DNA from: an uncultured Gammaproteobacteria bacterium
GTDB lineage: Bacteria; Pseudomonadota; Gammaproteobacteria; DRLM01
Reading direction: 5' to 3'
DNA: 64,000 nt
NCBI GenBank assembly: GCA_963729605.1
Contig: CAVSNY010000007.1
Location: 128,001 to 192,000, forward strand
Under the pieces are notes generated by a model. That model saw nothing but the letters and a program-made list of their open reading frames with translations. It was not told where the DNA came from and ran no database searches. The translations under genes were made by a program, and so were the position numbers. Below, one piece after another: positions 53,408 through 64,000 of this stretch; positions within the stretch are counted from its first letter, which is position 1, and each line of letters begins with the position of its first letter.

Positions 53408-54581
53408 ATGAAAGATGCCCGACACAATGAACCGGAGATCGCGCCTTATGCCGCGGGACGGGAGCCATTCCCGCGGTCGGCGTCACTGCGAGCCGCCGCC
53501 GCACTATCGAACCGAATATCAGCGTGACCGGGATCGCATCATCCATTCCGGCGCCTTCCGCCGTCTGGAATACAAGACCCAGGTCTTCGTCAATCATGAA
53601 GGCGACATGTTCCGGACGCGTCTGACGCATTCGGTCGAGGTGGCGCAGATCGGCCGCACCACCGCCCGCACTCTGCAACTCAATGAGGATCTGACCGAGG
53701 CCATCGCCCTCGCCCACGATCTCGGCCACACCCCGTTCGGCCACGCCGGCCAGGACGCGCTCAATCATTGCATGAAAGAGTTCGGCGGCTTCGAACATAA
53801 TCTCCAGTCGCTGCGGGTGGTGGATAAATTGGAGGAGCGTTACGCGGAATTCAGCGGGCTTAATCTCACCTTTGAGACCCGCGAAGGTATTTTGAAACAC
53901 TGCGCCTTGAGCAAGGCCATCGAAATCGGCGACGTTGGTGAACGTTTTCTCCATAAGCGGCAGCCCAGCCTGGAGGCCCAGCTCGCCAACGTCGCCGACG
54001 AGATCGCCTACAACAATCACGACGTGGACGACGGTTTGCGCTCCGGACTGATAAATCTGGAGCAGCTGCAAGAAATCCGGCTGTTCCATGAGCGATACGA
54101 GGCGGTCAAGCGCGCCTACCCGGACTTGTCGCAGCGGCGGACGATCCATGAAGTGGTGCGGCGCATGATCAATATCCAGGTCACCGACTTGGTGGAATCC
54201 AGCCGCCGGCGATTGTCGGCCGCGGCTCCCTGCGACATCGACGCGGTGCGCGCGCAGGCGGCGCCTTTGATCGGTTTCAGCGATGACATGCGCGAGCAGA
54301 ATCTGGAGCTGAAGCGTTTCCTGCGCAAACACCTCTATCAGCATTACCGGGTGCGGCGCATGAGCGCCAAGGCGCAGCGGGTGATCCGCGCCTTGTTCGA
54401 GGTCTTCATGGAAGATTCGCAACTGTTGCCGCCGGAGTACGCGCTGCACAGCGCGCGCCTGCACGATAAACACGGCGAGGCGGGCCACGCCCGCGCCTGC
54501 GCCGATTACATCGCCGGCATGACCGACCGTTACGCCATCGCCGAATACGAGCGGGTACTCAATCCCGCGCAATTGACGTAA
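53408..54581 (+). CDS. dgt: Deoxyguanosinetriphosphate triphosphohydrolase (HD family); probable frameshift near 53455
   Basis: IAPYAA in one frame, then [39 protein letters not shown] and DYIAGMTD. Confidence 0.92.
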
Positions 54582-54613
54582 CATGCCGCATAGCGTGAGC
54601 GGGCACGAATTGT

Positions 54614-54874
54614 ATGCGTATTTATCTCCAAATACCGGCGAGCGAGGATAATCCGCCGCGTTATTGCCAGTTTATATTGCAGGAAGATTTATTGGGCGGC
54701 TGGACGCTGGTCAAGGAAGCGGGACGGCAGGACGGCGGCGGGCGGATCAAGCGTGAATATTATGGCAGCCGCGACGAGGCGGAGCGCGCGCTGATGAAGG
54801 CGCGAGATGTCCAAGTGGCGCGCGGCTATCAAGTCGTGTTCGTGCAAGGCGAACGCCCGGTCCAGGGCCGCTGA
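54614..54874 (+). CDS. Stand-alone WGR-like domain protein
   Basis: RY...LQEDLLGGWTLVKEAGR and a RGY C-terminal motif. Confidence 0.7.
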   Translation: MRIYLQIPASEDNPPRYCQFILQEDLLGGWTLVKEAGRQDGGGRIKREYYGSRDEAERALMKARDVQVARGYQVVFVQGERPVQGR

Positions 54875-54928
54875 AGCGGCCGCCGCGGCTCCCGCGTTTT
54901 GACAGCGGCATCACAGCGAGGTGAGGAT

Positions 54929-56500
54929 ATGACTTCGGAACACGGTGGTTTGCCGCACGACGATGTGGCGCCGCATATCACGCGGCTGGGCTTGCTCAGC
55001 GAACCTTTCGCGGGAACCGACGACGGCCAGCACTTTTTCTACGCCGACGCCAACCGCGAACAGCGCCTGGACCTCATGCAGCATCTCGCGCCCTACAGCG
55101 AACTGCTGGTGGTGATCGGCGTGCCCGGCGTCGGCAAAACCACGCTCTTGCAGCAATTCGTGGCCCGCGCCAGCGAGACCTGGCGCGTGGCGGTGGTGAC
55201 GGCCCAATCCGGCATGGACCGCGATGAATTCATGGCGCGGATGATGGAAGCCTTCGGTCTGCCCGGCGACGACCGGTCCCCCGCCGAGGCGCAACGCGTC
55301 CTCTTGATCACTCACCTGCGTGCCCTGCGGCAAAGCGCGCAAGTGCCCATGCTGTTGGTGGATGACGCCCATCAGCTCGACGCCGAGGTGTTGGAGCTGG
55401 TCCTGAGCCTGGTCGAGGAAAACGACGCCGGCCACCTGCTGTCGGTGATGTTGTTCGGCAATCCCGCCTTGCAATCCAATCTGGCGGCCCCCGCCCTCGC
55501 CGCGCTGCAAAGCCGTATCGCCCACAGCTTCGACATTCCGCCGCTCAATGAACAGGAGACCGCCCGCTACATCCGCCACCGTATGCGCGCCGCCGGCGCC
55601 CAGGACGACGGGCCGTTCAATCCGGTGGTGACCGCTAAAATTCACGACGCCTCCGGCGGCATCCCCTCCGCCATCAATGAAATGGCGCACCACTTTTTAT
55701 CCGACGCGCCGGGCGCCAGATCCGAGGAACGCGGCCGATCGCCCGGCCGGCAACACGCCGTCTCCGGCGCGAAAACCGGCGTCGACAAACGCTGGATCGC
55801 CGTCGCGGTGGCGGGTGTGGCGGTCATCGCCGTGTTGGTAGCCGGGCGCCTGGGCGAGGAGGATACCGGCGGCGCGCCGGGTGAAGTCCCGTCCATCGCC
55901 CTGCCTCTGCCGCCGCCCGGCGAGGGTGAAGGCGAGTCGCGGGTGTTGCGCGACGAAGGTGAACTGGCCTTGGGCGAGGCGCCCGCGGATACCGTGCTGT
56001 CCGAACCCTTGCCCGAACAGGCCGCGTCCGGCGCGTCTGTTCCGCCGCCGGAAGTCGCCCCAGAAATGGCGGTCGAGGCGACGCCTCCCCCCGCGCCGGC
56101 TGCCCCCGTCAAACCGGCGCCGGTCGCACCACCGCCCAAAGCGGTTGAACCGCCGGCGAAGAAGCCCGCCATGGCGCCGGCCCCCGTCTCCGTCGCGCCG
56201 GGTGACATCAAGCGCGAGGACTGGCTGCGGGAGCAGCCGCCCGGCAATTTCACCCTGCAACTGATGGCGCTCAAAAATGAGAACGACGTGCGCCGTACCG
56301 TCGAACGGCACGCATTGCAGGATCAGGCCGCCTATTTCACCATCCAGCGCAACGGTCAGACCCTGTATGCCCTGGTTTATGGGACCTATCCGTCGCGGGA
56401 CGAGGCCGTGCGCGCCGCTAAAAAATTGCCGGCCGGCCTGGTGTCCGGCCAGCCGTGGGTGCGGACCTTCAAGAGTATTCACGACGATATCCGCCAATAA
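54929..56500 (+). CDS. ExeA-like AAA ATPase + TM + Pro-rich linker + SPOR domain (DamX-like)
   Basis: GVPGVGKT, LLVDDAH, SGGIP, TM helix, FTLQLMA..YALVYGTYPSRDEA..PWVR. Confidence 0.85.
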   Translation: MTSEHGGLPHDDVAPHITRLGLLSEPFAGTDDGQHFFYADANREQRLDLMQHLAPYSELLVVIGVPGVGKTTLLQQFVARASETWRVAVVTAQSGMDRDEFMARMMEAFGLPGDDRSPAEAQRVLLITHLRALRQSAQVPMLLVDDAHQLDAEVLELVLSLVEENDAGHLLSVMLFGNPALQSNLAAPALAALQSRIAHSFDIPPLNEQETARYIRHRMRAAGAQDDGPFNPVVTAKIHDASGGIPSAINEMAHHFLSDAPGARSEERGRSPGRQHAVSGAKTGVDKRWIAVAVAGVAVIAVLVAGRLGEEDTGGAPGEVPSIALPLPPPGEGEGESRVLRDEGELALGEAPADTVLSEPLPEQAASGASVPPPEVAPEMAVEATPPPAPAAPVKPAPVAPPPKAVEPPAKKPAMAPAPVSVAPGDIKREDWLREQPPGNFTLQLMALKNENDVRRTVERHALQDQAAYFTIQRNGQTLYALVYGTYPSRDEAVRAAKKLPAGLVSGQPWVRTFKSIHDDIRQ

Positions 56501-56692
56501 TCCCGCCCGGCGGGCCGCCGATTAGCGGAAGTCCGCCGGGATGGAGCACTTTTGCCGGCATTGCGTTGAAATGCCGGGCCCCGCGCTTGTATACTCCTGT
56601 CCCATTTCGCCTCCGGCGGGGGATGGGTTCGCGCGCCCTTTAGGTTTAGGGCATGCTATGAAATCGGTCAGCGAGCGAGACAGGCGAATAGA

Positions 56693-62612
<5,920 letters not shown>

Positions 62613-62617
62613 AGATT

Positions 62618-62720
62618 AACCGCCAAGGCGCCAAGGACGCCAAGGCCGGCAAAGTTTTTTGAAATAAATTATTTCAAAAATAATTCCACTTCTTTCCTGG
62701 CGTCCTTGGCGTCCTGGCGG
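62618..62720. repeat. Intergenic inverted repeat, CGCCAAG family (best-preserved copy)
   Basis: AACCGCCAAGGCGCCAAGGACGCCAAGG ... CCTGGCGTCCTTGGCGTCCTGGCGG, with an inner AT hairpin TTTTTGAAATA-AAT-TATTTCAAAAA. Confidence 0.8.
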
Positions 62721-62731
62721 CTGGAACATAG

Positions 62732-63799
62732 ATGACAGAACTTAAAAACGACCGTTTTCTCCGCGCCCTGCTCCGCCAGCCGGTGGACCGCACGCCGATT
62801 TGGATCATGCGCCAGGCCGGGCGTTATCTGCCCGAGTATCGCGCGACGCGCGCCAAGGCGGGATCGTTCATGGATCTTTGCACCAATCCCGACTTGGCTT
62901 GCGAAGTGACGCTGCAACCGCTGGCGCGTTTCGATCTCGACGCCGCGATTTTATTTTCCGACATCCTCACCATCCCCGATGCCATGGGTTTGGGCCTGAG
63001 CTTCGCGCAGGGCGAAGGCCCGCAATTCGCTCGCCCCGTGCGCAGCGCGGCCGACGTCGAAAAACTCGCTGTGCCCGATCCGGAAGTCGAACTACGTTAC
63101 GTGATGGACGCGGTGCGGGTGATTCGCCGCGAGCTCGACGGCCGCGTGCCGCTCATCGGTTTCTCCGGCAGCCCGTGGACGCTGGCGACATATATGGTGG
63201 AAGGCAGCGGCAGCAAGGAATACTCGCATGTCAAAGGCATGTTGTTCGATCGCCCCGACTTGCTGCATAAATTATTGGACACCACCGCGCGGTCGGTGAC
63301 CAGTTATCTCAACGCCCAGATCGCCGCCGGCGCGCAGGCGGTGATGATCTTCGACACGTGGGGCGGCGTGCTCAGCCCGCGCGACTACATCGAATTTTCC
63401 CTGCGCTACATGGCGCAGATCGTCGATGGTCTGACCCGTGAGCACGAAGGTCGCCGCGTGCCGGTGATCCTCTTCACCAAGGGCGGCGGCGCTTGGCTGG
63501 AGTCGATGGCCGAGACCGGTTGCGATGGCTTGGGCGTGGATTGGACCACCGACCTCGGCGCGGCGCGGGCGCGGGTCGGTCACCAAGTGGCGCTGCAAGG
63601 CAATATGGACCCTTGCGTGCTGTATGCCGCGCCGCAGCGCATCCGCGCCGAAGTGGCGACCATACTCAAATCCTACGGCGGCGGTACGGGCCATGTGTTC
63701 AACCTCGGTCACGGCATTCATCAACATATCAATCCCGAACACGTGAAGGTGTTGGTGGACAGCGTGCACGAGTTGAGTAAACCGTATCATCAAAGGTAG
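62732..63799 (+). CDS. hemE: Uroporphyrinogen decarboxylase
   Basis: [31 protein letters not shown] and FNLGHGI. Confidence 0.97.
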   Translation: MTELKNDRFLRALLRQPVDRTPIWIMRQAGRYLPEYRATRAKAGSFMDLCTNPDLACEVTLQPLARFDLDAAILFSDILTIPDAMGLGLSFAQGEGPQFARPVRSAADVEKLAVPDPEVELRYVMDAVRVIRRELDGRVPLIGFSGSPWTLATYMVEGSGSKEYSHVKGMLFDRPDLLHKLLDTTARSVTSYLNAQIAAGAQAVMIFDTWGGVLSPRDYIEFSLRYMAQIVDGLTREHEGRRVPVILFTKGGGAWLESMAETGCDGLGVDWTTDLGAARARVGHQVALQGNMDPCVLYAAPQRIRAEVATILKSYGGGTGHVFNLGHGIHQHINPEHVKVLVDSVHELSKPYHQR

Positions 63800-63984
63800 G
63801 GTGGATTAGCGTTTTTTATGTAACCGCCATGGCGCGCCGTGAGGCGCACTTTATGTGCACACAATAAATCGCCGCGCGACGGTTGCCGAGTTACGGCGCG
63901 GCCTTCACCCCACGCCTCTCTCGCTCGCGGGGGAGGGGGAGCCGGCCCAGAGTGTGATTTAGAGGGGCGCCTAACCCACCCTGC
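63796..63984. repeat. Degenerate GTAG-family REPIN with a nested CCCTC-type palindrome
   Basis: GTAGGGTGGATTAGCG... at the hemE stop and CTAACCCACCCTGC at 63971-63984; CCTTCACCCCACGCCTCTCTCGCTCGCGGGGGAGGGGGAG lies in between. Confidence 0.7.
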
Positions 63985-64000
63985 AGCGAGTCGGCGCAAC

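Noticed and set aside
53408-54581. dGTPase as an anti-phage defence gene
   Set aside because: Host-like codon usage and a position in core synteny after aroB indicate the housekeeping type.

Overview
High-GC gammaproteobacterial chromosomal segment, mostly housekeeping genes. It has a Pseudomonas-like backbone (rpmE-nuclease-malic enzyme ... mrcA<>pilMNOPQ-aroK-aroB ... AAA/SPOR-gltBD-hemE), plus rhlB<>trxA-rho, rubredoxin<>thiD-thiE-hemL, fbp, glgP, mdh-gltA and a regB-regA two-component pair. Several conserved genes (hemL, glgP, aroB, dgt N-terminus, gltB) and one large lipoprotein gene carry scattered 1-nt indels. These most likely reflect long-read or assembly errors rather than pseudogenes. 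No rRNA, tRNA, CRISPR array, integrase or transposase was seen. The best candidate for an undescribed system is at 22.8-27.4 kb: RegBA, a class I cytochrome c, and a divergent pair of exported FGE-fold proteins. One of these carries two CxxCH heme motifs plus an FGE-like CxxxxC loop, and the other has an HxxMH loop at the same position. Other accessory items are: an Ig-like lipoprotein with 7 Ca-binding-type repeats between pilQ and aroK; a matrixin protease with a GlyGly-CTERM tail and a coupled partner gene; a large LVIVD-repeat protein; a VWA surface-protein pair; a polyprenyl-sugar glycosylation module; an AT-richer orphan gene next to a stack of palindromic elements; and at least four families of short intergenic palindromic repeats, one nested inside another. 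All calls come from reading the sequence and motifs by eye; no database searches were run.
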